Shown: positions 26,036 through 37,760 of the stretch, piece by piece
Position numbering within the stretch: the first letter of the stretch is position 1
How the letters are laid out: each line of letters opens with the position of its first letter
Assembly: GCF_046119375.1 (NCBI RefSeq)
Contig: NW_027362763.1
Span: forward strand, 781,076,001 to 781,140,000
Reading direction: 5' to 3'
Length of the DNA stretch: 64,000 nt
DNA from: Phyllobates terribilis
Taxonomy: Eukaryota
Program-made: the position numbers and the translations under genes
Notes under the pieces: generated by a model
Seen by the model: the letters and a program-made list of their open reading frames with translations, nothing else
What the model was told of the DNA's origin: nothing
Database searches by the model: none

Positions 26036-27683
26036 CAGTTAGGTCCATATATATTTGGACAGAGACAACATTTTTCTTATTTTGGTTCTAGACATTACCA
26101 CAATGAATTTTAAACAAAACAATTCAGATGCAGTTGAAGTTCAGACTTTCAGCTTTCATTTGAGGGTATCCACATTAAAATTGGATGAAGGGTTTAGGAG
26201 TTTCAGCTCCTTAACATGTGCCACCCTGTTTTTAAAGAGACCAAAAGTAATTGGACAATTGACTCCAATGCTATTTCATGGACAGGTGTGGGCAATCCCT
26301 TCGTTGTGTCATTCTCAATTAAGCAGATAAAAGGCCTGGAGTTGATTTGAGGTGTGGTGCTTGCATTTGGAAGGTTTTGCTGTGAAGTAAACCTGCGGTC
26401 AAAAGAGTTCTCCATACAGGTGAAACAAGCCATCCTTAAGCTGCAAAAACAGAAAAAACCCATCCGAGAAATTGCTACAATAATAGGAATGGCAAAATCT
26501 ACAGTTTGGTACCTCCTGAGAAAGAAAGAAAGCACTGGTGAACTCATCAATGCAAAAAGACCTGGGCGCCCACGTAAGACAACAGTGGTGGACGATCGCA
26601 GAATAATCTCCATGGTGAAGAGAAACCCCTTCACAACAGCCAACCAAGTGCACAACACTCTCCAGGAGGTAGGCGCATCAATATCCAAATCTACCATAAA
26701 GAGAAGACTGCATGAAAGTAAATACAGAGGGTTCACTGCACGGTGCAAGCCACTCATAAGCATCAAGAATAAAAAGGCTAGACTGGACTTTGCTAAAAAA
26801 CAACTAAAAAAGCCAGCACAGTTCTGGAAGAACATTCTTTGGACAGATGAAACCAAGATCAACCTCTACCAAAATGATGGAAAGAGAAAAGTATGGTGAA
26901 GGCGTGGTACAGCTCAAGATCCAAAGCATACCACATCATCTGTAAAACACGGCGGAGGCAGTGTGATGGCTTGGGCATGCATGGCTGCCAGTGGCACTGG
27001 ATCACTAGTGTTTATTGATGATGTGACACAGGACAGAAGCAGCCGAATGAATGCTGATGTTTTCAGAGCCATACTGTGTGCTCAGATCCAGCCAAATACA
27101 GCCAAACTGATTGGTCATCGTTTCATACTACAGATGGACAATGACCCAAAATATAAAGCCAAAGCAACCCAGGAGTTTATTAAAGCAAAGAAGTGAAATA
27201 TTCTTGAATGGCCAAGTCAGTCATCTGATCTCAACCCAATTGAGCATGCATTTCACTTGTTAAAGACTAAACTTCAGACAGAAAGGCCCACAAACAAACA
27301 GCAACTGAGAACCACCGCAGTGAAGGCCTGGCAGAGCATCAAAAAGGAGGAAACACAGCGTCTGGTGATGTCCATGAGTTCAAGACTTAAGGCAGTCATT
27401 GCCAACAAAGGGTTTTCAACCAAGTACTAGAAATGAACATTTTATTTACAATTATTTAATCTGTCCAATTACTTTTGGTCCCTTTAAAAACAGGTTGGCA
27501 CATGTTAAGGAGCTGAAACTCCTAAACCCTTCATCCAATTTTAATGTGGATACCCTCAAATGAAAGCTGAAAGTCTGAACTTCAACCGCATCTGAATTGT
27601 TTTGTTTAAAATTCATTGTGGTAATGTCTAGAACCAAAATTAGAAAAATGTTGTCTCTGTCCAAATATATATGGACCTAACTG
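26036..27683 (+). mobile_element. Full-length Tc1 element (1648 bp), inactivated
   Basis: TA|cagttaggtccatatatatttggacag ... ctgtccaaatatatatggacctaactg|TA; TIRs of ~220 bp. Confidence 0.95.
26393..27430 (+). pseudogene. Tc1 DD34E transposase pseudogene (345 codons, single frame)
   Basis: CTG at the expected start (26393), TGA at 26897-26899 and 27194-27196, no frameshift. Motifs WTDETKIN, QMDNDPKY, WPSQSSDLNPIEH; ends GFSTKY*. Confidence 0.92.
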
Positions 27684-29106
27684 TAACTATAAAAAAAATC
27701 TTTACAAAATTTGTTGGCTAGGGTAGTTATAAAAGAAGAGATGTATCTGAGGGTGTCTGTACCAGAGACAACCCCAGTAGTGGTTCTGATGCCCTTGAAC
27801 ATGTCACCCAAGCATCCTGCATCATTGTATTGTCCCACAAAATAAGTTAAAAAAATGTCAAGTGTACTTAAAAAAAGACATCATATCTAAGAGCTTTTGT
27901 GGATATTCATAGATGAATCTAGTGTTCAATTATTGGTAAGTAGCCTAGTAAAAAAAAAAGTGCCACCCTACAGTTGATTGGAGAACCTGGCCTGGGAACT
28001 AAAATATTAGAACACAAATTGGTTAGTCCTTTTCTGACATGGTTTCATTTTGATCTCTGCTATGGGATTGCAATGTAGAATTGCCTTGTTATACACATCC
28101 AAAAAAAGTATTGTGACCTGCATGCAGTATGAGCAGTCAAATGGAAAAAGCTGCTACACAGTGTCTTTGTCTAGAATGAATATAATGGGTTCAGTTGGGT
28201 TTTATGGTATTTTTTGCAAAATCTGCGGCCTTATTAAAGCAAATTACTACTTGTAGTGTCTACTTTTAGAAAAAAAGCTGCAGTATGCTATATATTTTAG
28301 ACATGTATTTATGATTCAGCATATTTTACTTAAACGTATTTTAAAAGTCGATTGATTGTGTGAGAAAAGTGGTAAAAAAATCAGTTTCTTATGTGTCCAG
28401 CAAGTGAACAAATAACAAACTCAATAATATATTATTTGCTTGTATGTGTGAAATAAAAATTACTGTTATTACTGTCGTCGTTTTGTATTCCAATGACTTT
28501 GATTATGGTCATATAAAATTGTGATTTATTTAAAGCACTATAATTGCATGCCACGAAATGCTTCATTGATATCTTTGCACTTTTAAATGTGCATTTAGCT
28601 TATGTCTATTTTTGCTTGCAAATACGCTAAATTATAAACCATTGTGGACGTAAATAAAAGAGTAGAAATCGTTATATGATAACATATATCCTTGACCCCG
28701 GCATCTAGCACAGGGTACCCATACAACACATAATATGGACTCTCAGCTCTCTTGCTGCTAGTAATGGGCCAAGCTGATAAATAATCCAGTGCATAATCTA
28801 GTGCAGGTAAATAGAATTGGTCAGGATAGGGTTTGGCAATAGGATTGGGGACAGAAGAGGGTAATTTGGCATAGGGTGGACAGCTGACTAGGGATCAACT
28901 TGGCTAAGGGACTGATGGACAGGACACAACACAACAAAGGGAACAGTCAACCAGTCTTGAGTCTTGAGTGGCGCACTGCAATCCTAGAACTGACCTGGCA
29001 TGGGGGCACTTGGTCAGACTTTCACATATTATTGGGGGCAGACACTAACATGGTGAGGGCTGTAGGGTGCTGGTAGATAGGTGACACACACATGAGGTTA
29101 AACTTA

Positions 29107-29303
29107 AAGGGCCACGTTCACATATTCAGTATTTGGTCAGTATTTTCCATCAGTATTTGTAAGCCAAAATCAGGAGTGGCACAATCAGAGAAGTATAATA
29201 GAAACACGTCACCACTTTTGTATTTATCACCCACTCCTGGTTTTGGCTTACAAATACTGATGCAAAATATTGACCAAATACTGAACGTGTGAACGTGGCC
29301 TTT
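29107..29303. mobile_element. Harbinger/PIF-like foldback MITE
   Basis: ggccacgttcacatattcagtatttggtcagtatttt...aaaatattgaccaaatactgaacgtgtgaacgtggcc; ~85-bp inverted arms. TSD not clean. Confidence 0.7.
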
Positions 29304-30328
29304 GACTAACTATTCAATGATATAGGAGACTTCACTCCTATAAAAGCACACTAACACTGTACATATTACTAGTACAATGGTGGGAGTATGGGGCACCCAG
29401 AGTATGTCCCCTCAATTTGCGATTTGGGGACTTCCCTAACTTGTGATGTACAGCGCTCACTCCTACAGCGAACGCTGTCCCATGTATGTGTGCACATGCG
29501 CACTGATTCTGGCACGGTCGTCAGTGCAAACACATGTCTATGAAAGCAGAATGATTGGGGGGGCATTGTACACAGATCTCCACATCATGGAGAGGGGAAA
29601 AAGTATGTCAGTGAGAACAAAGAAAGCAATATAGAAAATAAGAAAATCACATGTAGAGGATTGTTATAGATTTAATTGCAAATCTATAAGTTCTTATAGT
29701 TCATAGTGAATATATTGAAGCGAGGCTATGATCCCCAGATGATCCTTAACTGCAATTGAGAAACATTTAACTTCCCCATCCTGCAAATTGGTAATTAAAG
29801 TTGGGTTCTGATAGATAACAGACAGGAATTCCATCCTTAACTAGTAGAAGAATCTGAAAAGTCGACAGATTTATGGTCTCAACCTCAGCATGACCAGAAC
29901 TGGCATGCAAACTGCATTAAGATAATTTGTTCTATTACAGTTATGACTATTGAATTTTTTTTTACAAACACCAAGTGTCTTAAAACTATGAAAATCATAT
30001 TTTCGGAGTCGTAACAAAGTGGCGAATTGTCTTACATCACTGGGCGGTGACCATAACACTTTCAAATTAAATATCGGCTCAGATGGATGATGCTATCAAT
30101 GCCATGTTTCCCATCTATATAAAAGTAAAATCGTGATAAGAAAATAGACAATAATATCTCCTACCTTTGTACTCCAGGGGCGAAGATATCATAGAAGTTT
30201 GGAATCTCGTAATTTTCAAAAAAGAAGTGGCACACCCATTACCAGCCCTGTTATGAGTCACCGGAGGGGAGGTATGTGGGTGTAACTTATGTTAATAAAA
30301 GCAAATGCCCATTCACTACAGAATTCAA

Positions 30329-31059
30329 TGTTACACGCACGCCGCTAGGTTCAGATAGGGGCGAGACAGGTTACATGAATTCTTTGGAATCCTGGGGGAA
30401 CCGTTACTCAGGGCGACTATAGACCATGTGCTGCAGTTTCTCTCAGGCACACAGGGGTATTGATCCTCAGGCACAGACACGTAGGTTGTTTCATGTGCTG
30501 ACCAGACACACTTGACAAGAGTCCTCATAAACGGTAGAACAGTAGCATTTAATATGAAGCCGCACAGCCAGTGCAAGTTAAGTCTTATGAGCAACAGGCT
30601 CCAGTGACCAACAGTACAGTTTCCTTAGCAGCATAGCATTTCACAGTCTTCCCAGTAGTACAAGACAGCACAGTTCTAATGCAAAGGCACATTAATGAAC
30701 ACAGCATTCTTTACAGCACAGTGAGATGGAGGAGGGGGGAGGGTTTGCTGAGGGAGATGATCCCTGTGACACCATTTCTTCCAGTCCTTATCTTACTGCC
30801 TGACAATACTCTGCACTGGTAGTTCAGGAACTCTACCTGACCTGTGCTTAGCTTCAATCCTGACTTGAATCCTTTTCACATGCAGGGGCGCTTCTGTGAG
30901 ATACAGAACACACACCATCTTTCTCTTCGGCTGCAGCCAGACAGTAAACAACTTCCCCACAATCCCCCATGGGCTCTGCTAAAATACTCCCCTTCTCCTG
31001 TGACTGTGTTAACCCCTCTAGTTGCTGGATGCTTCTGGAGCACAACACTTCCTGTCTCA
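30329..31059 (-). mobile_element. Solo LTR of the same family as 40461-41165, opposite orientation
   Basis: tgttacacgcacgccgctaggttcagat...ggaatcctgggggaaccgttactcagggc matches the reverse complement of 41080-41165; tgttaacccctctagttgctggatgc...cctgtctca matches the reverse complement of 40461-40520. No TSD found. Confidence 0.7.
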
Positions 31060-31949
31060 TGTGCTTGTGTTACTTCTAATAGTTGCTGAATGCTTTTAAA
31101 GCAACAGCACTACTTCTGCATGTCACACTCTGCTACAGCACTACTTCTGCATGTCACAACAATACAAACTTATCTCTCACCCACAAGGCCCTCTACACTT
31201 CTGCACAAACCTATATTTCCTCCCTCATCTTTGTCTATCACCCTACCCGTGCTCTCCGCAACTAAAACTAACATCCTCCATAATCCGAACCACCTACCTC
31301 CATCTCTAAGACTTCTTTCTTGCTGCACCAGTTTTATGGATGCACTACCCCGGACAATCTGAATAATACCTAGGCCTGTCTACAGAGATGAGTTTTTAAA
31401 GTACGTTTAAAAAAGTGGGGGCTATCACCTCAATTCACCAACCTAATGCTCCCCTGTTCTGTCTTTTTAAATTTTACTCAGAACCTGGTCCCTCCTTTTC
31501 TGTGTCCACTTCCTCCTTGCACCCAATAGCACTTGGCAACTGTACCTAGACAGATGCTGGCTGGTGACTGGATCATGCAGTTTATTTAAAATGCCCTATT
31601 TATTATAATGATGGCTGGACCATATATTACAAGCACTTCTACCTATAGTCTCCTCTCTATTTCCTTATAGATTGTAAGCTTGCGAGCAGGGCCCTCACTC
31701 CTCCTGTAACTGTTGAACTGTGTTACTTTGTGTAACATACCTGGCGGCGTCCTTGCATGGTGGTCCATCTCCCACTGTGCAAGAGCGCGCACTTGATCTC
31801 CAGTCCAGAATGTCTCTCTGGCTTCCCTCCTTGCTGTCTGTTTGTCTGTTTTGGCTGCATAGGGCGACGCCCGCTGAACTTCCTGTTTCTTGTACCTGCT
31901 GCGGACACGCCCCTGTTGCACCTTCAGCCTATTGCTGTCCATCTTTGGG

Positions 31950-31989
31950 TATTTATACCGCCTTCTTCCTCAAGATGGCGCCTGAGCAT
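31950..31989 (+). promoter_or_regulatory. LTR TATA-like box (tatttata) with predicted transcription start 30 nt downstream (gcctgagcat)
   Basis: TATTTATA at 31950-31957. The start sequence is complementary to the post-LTR primer position. The same TATA/-30/GCCYGAGCA layout occurs in the solo LTR at 16075/16105. Confidence 0.6.
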
Positions 31990-32499
31990 TGTGTCCTGTC
32001 AGTTGGCTTTTTGTCTCTGATGTGCCAGGTCCTTTCCTGTTTTCCTGCCTGTTCTCCAGTTCTGTGTCTGAACTGTGGTCTGTTCTTGTGAGCACGCTTC
32101 TAGCCTGTTCTTTCGCCTTCTAGGGGCTGTATTCCTAGATCTGCCTGTCTGTGCCTTGCGGTATCTGTTCCCGTCTGAACAGAGTCCTGTTTGTGTCCCA
32201 GCCTTGCTGTATTTGTTCCCGTTCCTCGGTTCCCAGTTGTCTGTGCCTCGTTTCTACTTTAGCCTTTTCTCCCTTTTCCCTCTATGTCTGTTTTCTGCGT
32301 CTTTCTGCAGAGTCTGAACTTGCTCCTAAATTCCTTCTCGTCGTCTCTGTACCTCTGTTGTGAATTTAGTGTACGCTCGCTACTTCTTTGTAAGTACTTT
32401 GTGTGCTTCTGGTTCTGCCTTTCCTTCTCCGTCTGCTCTTTGTGAACAGAGTCCTATCCCCTTGCCTTGTCTCGTTCGCCGCTCCGGCGGTTCTAGCCG

Positions 32500-33200
32500 C
32501 TCTGCGGTTTCCGCTCTGCTTCTGCCTCGCCTACCGCTCTGCGGTTTCCGCTCTGCTCCTGCCTTGTTTACCGCTCTGCGGTTTCCGCTCTGCTCCTGCT
32601 TAGCTTGCCGCTCTTGCGGTTTCTGCTCTGCTCCTGCCTTGTTTACCGCTCTGCGGTTTCCGCTCTGCTCCTGCTTAGCTTGCCGCTCTTGCGGTTTCTG
32701 CTCTGCTCCTGCCTTGTTTACCGCTCTGCGGTTTCCGCTCTGCTCCTGCTTTGCTTGCCGCTCTTGCGGTTTCTGCTCTGCTCCTGCCTTGGTTGCCGCT
32801 CTGCGGTTTCCGCTCTGCTCCTGCCTTGTTTACCACTCTGCGGTTTCCGCTCTGCTCCTGCCTTGTTTGCCGCTCTGCGGTTTCCGCTCTGCTCCTGCCT
32901 TGTTTGCCGCTCTGCGGTTTCCGCTCTGCTCCTGCCTTGTTTGCCGCTCTGCGGTTTCCGCTCTGCTGCGGCCTTGTTTGCCGCTCTGCGGTTTCCGCTC
33001 TGCTGCGGCCTTGTTTGCCGCTCTGCGGTTTCCGCTCTGCCGCGGCCTTGTTTGCCGCTCTGCGGTTTCCGCTCTGCTGCGGCCTTGTTTGCCGCTCTGC
33101 GGTTTCCGCTCTGCTGCGGCCTTCTTAGCTGCTCTGCGGTTTCCGCTCTGCTCCTGCCTTGTTTACTGCTCTTGCGGTTTCCACTCTGCTCTTGCCTTGC
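32500..33200. repeat. 37-bp tandem repeat array inside the 5' LTR (gctctgcggtttccgctctgctgcggccttgtttgcc)
   Basis: Directly visible. Confidence 0.95.
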
Positions 33201-33825
33201 TTGCCGCTCCTGCGGTTTCTGCTCTGCATCTGCTCGCTGCTCCGGCAGTCCTGTCCTGCTCTGCTTCTGCTCGCTGCTCCGGCAGCCCCGTCCTGCTCTG
33301 CATCTGCTCGCTGCTCCGGCAGTCCTGTCCTGCTCTGCTTGTGCTCGCTGCTCCGGCAGTCCCGTCCTGCTCTGCTCTTGCCCACCGCTTCGGGCGTTCC
33401 CTCTCTGCTGTGTTTGGCTACCGCATCTGCGGTTCTGTTTCTGTGTCCCAGTCTGTACTGGGTCTTGTCCTCTCTGTGCTCCAGCCCGTCCTTTCGGCCA
33501 GTACCTCCCTGCCTGCATATTCGCCTGTATCCACCCGTCTGCATACCTGCCGTGTTTGCTTATATCCACCAGTCTGTGCCTGCCTAGCCTGCCTGTTCCA
33601 GTAATCCCTGTGTGGGTCAACCCCCGTGTCCGGAGTTTGACCTGGAGTAGCACCTGGTCCCTCTGCCCGGTTTCTCCCTGGTGCACTGGCGTCGTATGCC
33701 GTCGTGCCACCTTGGTCGGATCGGCCAGATACTTAGTCACGCCCCTCCAGGCACTCTCCGGTCCATGGTCCAGTGGAACCACTACTCCCGCACACGCCAG
33801 TCAGTCCGGGCGTGTGCATAACAGC

Positions 33826-33835
33826 ATGCTCAGGC
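33826..33835 (+). promoter_or_regulatory. Putative self-priming primer-binding site
   Basis: atgctcaggc starts 2 nt after the 5' LTR and is the exact reverse complement of 31980-31989. No TGG tRNA-type PBS is present. Confidence 0.7.
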
Positions 33836-33964
33836 CATGGTTCCCGTTGAGCCCCACGGCCTTCGCTCTCTGAGAAGTTTTCCAGCGAATACATGCATTA
33901 AAAATAAATAAATACATTTTTTTTTTTCTCAGCTGAGTTCCAGGCGAATTACGCACCCGTCCAG

Positions 33965-36370
33965 ATGGATCTATCTGCTCTCGTTCCTGCGGATCCGCCA
34001 CGTTACTATGGGGATCCAAGACAAAGTCGTGCATTTGTGGAGCAATGCATGCTACACTTCAAGTTCTACCCTCTATGTTTTCCCACCAATCGGGTTAAGG
34101 TGGCATTCATTATGTCTTACCTGGCGGGTGATGCCTTGGAATGGATCAACCCCCTATATGAAACACAGGATCCGATCCTCCTGGACCTAATGGCCTTCCT
34201 GGTGGCCTTTCTAATGGTCTTCGATGATCCTAACCCGGAGGCTCCTGCTGAAGCTTCACTTCCCAATATCCCGGAGCAGCCCCAATGGGTAATGTGTGTG
34301 GGTAGCGCAATAGTCCTCCAGCCCAATGAGACTACTGCCCACCCAGAATCCTCACAGGGTGACTACGCTTTCCGGAATACTTCTCCCAACCTCAAGAGGC
34401 AGTCCAGACGTGCTAAATGTAGAGGCAAGCCGTCACGCCAGGGTCTGTCCTCCCTGAGACCTCCTGACCCCAACCTTGAAGTCCCTACTGAAGCTTCATC
34501 TCCCTGTATCCCGGAGAAGCCCCAACGGGTAATGTGCGTGGGTAGTGCACCAGTTCTCCTGCCCGAAGAGACTTCTGCCCATCCAGACTCCACACAGGAG
34601 AACTTCCTGCACCCGGCATCAGATGCTTCACCCACTTTAACCGGTGTGCATGTCCAAGGATGCTCCAAAGCTGTGGTTACCTCTGAGTCTGTGCACCTCT
34701 ACTACCTGGCGGAGGACCCCCTGTTGCCTCCTGAATCCTCCGGGATACCACTCGATGACAAATGGAGAGAGACTTCTCTACACTCGGTACTCGATACTTT
34801 GTCCGCTTCGTCCTGTGAGCCTGACAATGGGTACCCCAAAGTGGTAGTTACCCCCGAGTCTCTACACCCCTCCGACCAGGCGGAGGACCTCCAGTTGTCT
34901 CCAGAACCCTTCGGGGTGCTACCTGGTAGCGAAAGGACAGAGACTCTCCTATACTCTGTACCTGATACCTCGCTCGCTTCGTCCAGTGAGTCCAACCTAG
35001 TGTACTCCGAAGCAGAGGTTACTCCCGAGTCTCTACACCCCTCCGACCAGGCGGAGGACCTCCAGTTGTCTCCAGAACCCTACGGGGTGCTACCTGGTAG
35101 CGAAAGGACAGAGACTCTCCTATACTCTGTACCTGATACCTCGCTCGCTTCGTCCAGTGAGTCCAACCTAGTGTACTCCGAAGCAGAGGTTACTCCCGAG
35201 TCTCTACACCCCTCCGACCAGGCGGAGGACCTCCAGTTGTCTCCAGAACCCTTCGGGGTGCCACCTGGTGGTGAATGGACAGAGACTTTCCTATATCCTG
35301 GATCTGATACCTCGCTTGCTTCGTCCAGTGAGTCCGACCTTGTGTACTCTGAAGCAGAGGTTACCCTTGAGTCTCTACACCCCTCTGACCAGGCGGAGGA
35401 CCTCCAGTTGTCTCCAGAACCCTTCGGGGTGCCACCTGGTGGTGAATGGACAGAGACTTTCCTATACTCGGTACCCGATACCTCGCCTGCTTCCTCCAGT
35501 GAGTCCGACCTAGTGTACTCTGAAGCAGATGTTTTCTCTGAGCCTCTGCACTCTTCTGACCCGGCGGAGGACCTCCAGTTGTTTCCTGAATTCTCCGGGG
35601 TACCACCAGATAACAAAGAGACAGTGACTTTTCCTCATTATGTACCTGATAACCCATCTATTTCTTCCTGTGAGCTTGACAAGATGTACCTCGAAGCAGA
35701 GATTACCCCCAAGTCTCTGTCCCCCTCCAACCCGGTGAAGGACTTCCAGTTGTCTCCTGTACCCTCTGGGGTGCCACCTGAAAATATGTGGAGAGAGATT
35801 TCCTTGTGTGCTGTTCCTGGTACTCCACCCGTTTCGTCTGTTGCTAAGGATGGCTGGATAGGAGGTAGCATCCTAGTTAACCAGATGAGATCAATTTTTC
35901 CTGTGGACAGTGGAAGTGATCTCCTTGAAGTGAACGACTGGTCCTCGAATTCCCTGCGGAAGATTCTGGCAGGCCTGAAGAAGAGGGGGCGTAAGGGGGG
36001 GGGGGGTACTGTAACATACCTGGTGGCGTCCTTGCATGGTGGTCCATCTCCCACTGTGCAAGAGCGCGCACTTGATCTCCAGTCCAGAATGTCTCTCTGG
36101 CTTCCCTCCTTGCTGTCCGTTTGTCTGTTTTGGCTGCATAGGGCGACGCCCGCTGAACTTCCTGTTTCTTGTACCTGCTGCGGACACGCCCCTGTTGCAC
36201 CTTCAGCCTATTGCTGTCCATCTTTGGGTATTTATACCACCTTCTTCCTCAAGATGGCGCCTGAGCATTGTGTCCTGTCAGTTGGCTTTTTGTCTCTGAT
36301 GTGCCAGGTCCTTTCCTGTTTTCCTGCCTGTTCTCCAGTTCTTTGTCTGAACTGTGGTCTGTTCTTGTGA
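33965..36370 (+). CDS. 801-aa ORF: N-terminal sushi/RTL-like Gag (capsid) fragment + acidic Ser/Pro-rich 57-aa repeats, reading into the 3' LTR
   Basis: PPRYYGDPRQSRAFVEQCMLHF...FPTNRVKVAFIMSYLAGDALEWINPLY resembles the Gag domain of sushi-derived elements (PEG10/RTL/LDOC1 type). Contains a 171-bp coding repeat. No protease, RT, RNase H or integrase motifs. No stops over 2.4 kb. Confidence 0.75.
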   Translation: MDLSALVPADPPRYYGDPRQSRAFVEQCMLHFKFYPLCFPTNRVKVAFIMSYLAGDALEWINPLYETQDPILLDLMAFLVAFLMVFDDPNPEAPAEASLPNIPEQPQWVMCVGSAIVLQPNETTAHPESSQGDYAFRNTSPNLKRQSRRAKCRGKPSRQGLSSLRPPDPNLEVPTEASSPCIPEKPQRVMCVGSAPVLLPEETSAHPDSTQENFLHPASDASPTLTGVHVQGCSKAVVTSESVHLYYLAEDPLLPPESSGIPLDDKWRETSLHSVLDTLSASSCEPDNGYPKVVVTPESLHPSDQAEDLQLSPEPFGVLPGSERTETLLYSVPDTSLASSSESNLVYSEAEVTPESLHPSDQAEDLQLSPEPYGVLPGSERTETLLYSVPDTSLASSSESNLVYSEAEVTPESLHPSDQAEDLQLSPEPFGVPPGGEWTETFLYPGSDTSLASSSESDLVYSEAEVTLESLHPSDQAEDLQLSPEPFGVPPGGEWTETFLYSVPDTSPASSSESDLVYSEADVFSEPLHSSDPAEDLQLFPEFSGVPPDNKETVTFPHYVPDNPSISSCELDKMYLEAEITPKSLSPSNPVKDFQLSPVPSGVPPENMWREISLCAVPGTPPVSSVAKDGWIGGSILVNQMRSIFPVDSGSDLLEVNDWSSNSLRKILAGLKKRGRKGGGGTVTYLVASLHGGPSPTVQERALDLQSRMSLWLPSLLSVCLFWLHRATPAELPVSCTCCGHAPVAPSAYCCPSLGIYTTFFLKMAPEHCVLSVGFLSLMCQVLSCFPACSPVLCLNCGLFL

Positions 36371-36779
36371 ACACGCTTCTAGCCTGTTCTTTCGCCTTCT
36401 AGGGGCTGTATTCCTAGATCTGCCTGTCTGTGCCTTGCGGTATCTGTTCCCATCTGAACAGAGTCCTGTTTGTGTCCCAGCCTTGCTGTATTTGTTCCCG
36501 TTCCTCGGTTCCCAGTTGTCTGTGCCTCGTTTCTACTTTAGCCTTTTCTCCCTTTTCCCTCTATGTCTGTTTTCTGCGTCTTTCTGCAGAGTCTGAACTT
36601 GCTCCTAAATTCCTTCTCGTCGTCTCTGTACCTCTGTTGTGAATTTAGTGTACGCTCGCTACTTCTTTGTAAGTACTTTGTGTGCTTCTGGTTCTGCCTT
36701 TCCTTCTCCGTCTGTTCTTTGTGAACAGAGTCCTATCCCCTTGCCTTGTCTCGTTCGCCGCTCCGGCGGTTCTAGCCGC

Positions 36780-37760
36780 TCTGCGGTTTCCGCTCTGCTT
36801 CTGCCTCGCCTACCGCTCTGCGGTTTCCGCTCTGCTCCTGCCTTGTTTACCGCTCTGCGGTTTCCGCTCTGCTCCTGCTTAGCTTGCCGCTCTTTCGGTT
36901 TCTGCTCTGCTCCTGCCTTGTTTACCGCTCTGCAGTTTCCGCTCTGCTCCTGCTTAGCTTGCCGCTCTTGCGGTTTCTGCTCTGCTCCTGCCTTGTTTAC
37001 CGCTCTGCGGTTTCCGCTCTGCTCCTGCTTTGCTTGCCGCTCTTGCGGTTTCTGCTCTGCTCCTGCCTTGGTTGCCGCTCTGCGGTTTCCGCTCTGCTCC
37101 TGCCTTCTTAGCCGCTCTGCGGTTTCCGCTCTGCTCCTGCCTTGTTTACCGCTCTGCGGTTTCCGCTCTGCTCCTGCCTTGTTTACCGCTCTGAGGTTTC
37201 CGCTCTGCTCCTGCCTTGTTTACCGCTCTGCGGTTTCCGCTCTGCTCCTGCCATGTTTGCCGCTCTGCGGTTTCCGCTCTGCTGCGGCCTTGTTTGCCGC
37301 TCTGCGGTTTCCGCTCTGCTGCGACCTTGTTTGCCGCTCTGCGGTTTCCGCTCTGCTGCGGCCTTGTTTGCCGCTCTGCGGTTTCCGCTCTGCTGCGGCC
37401 TTGTTTGCCGCTCTGCGGTTTCCGCTCTGCTGTGGCCTTGTTTGCCGCTCTGCGGTTTCCGCTCTGCTGCGGCCTTGTTTGCCGCTCTGCGGTTTCCGCT
37501 CTGCTGCGGCCTTGTTTGCCGCTCTGCTGCCGCCTTGTTTGCCGCTCTGCGGTTTCCGCTCTGCTGCGGCCTTGTTTGCCGCTCTGCGGTTTCCGCTCTG
37601 CTGCGGCCTTGTTTGCCGCTCTGCGGTTTCCGCTCTGCTGCGGCCTTGTTTGCCGCTCTGCGGTTTCCGCTCTGCTGCGGCCTTCTTAGCCGCTCTGCGG
37701 TTTCCGCTCTGCTCCTGCCTTGTTTACCACTCTTGCGGTTTCCACTCTGCTCTTGCCTTG
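36780..37760. repeat. 37-bp tandem repeat array inside the 3' LTR (longer than the 5' copy)
   Basis: The 3' LTR is 263 bp longer than the 5' LTR, mostly from extra units. Confidence 0.95.

Noticed and set aside
29690-30300. Possible Penelope RT/GIY-YIG remnant (LKRGYDPQMI, CYQCHV)
   Set aside because: The motifs are too short and broken to support without an alignment.
32360-33873. 414-, 422- and 354-aa ORFs (and the 496- and 334-aa equivalents at 36639-38146)
   Set aside because: They arise from the A-poor 37-bp LTR repeat, which is open in several frames at once and differs between the two LTRs.
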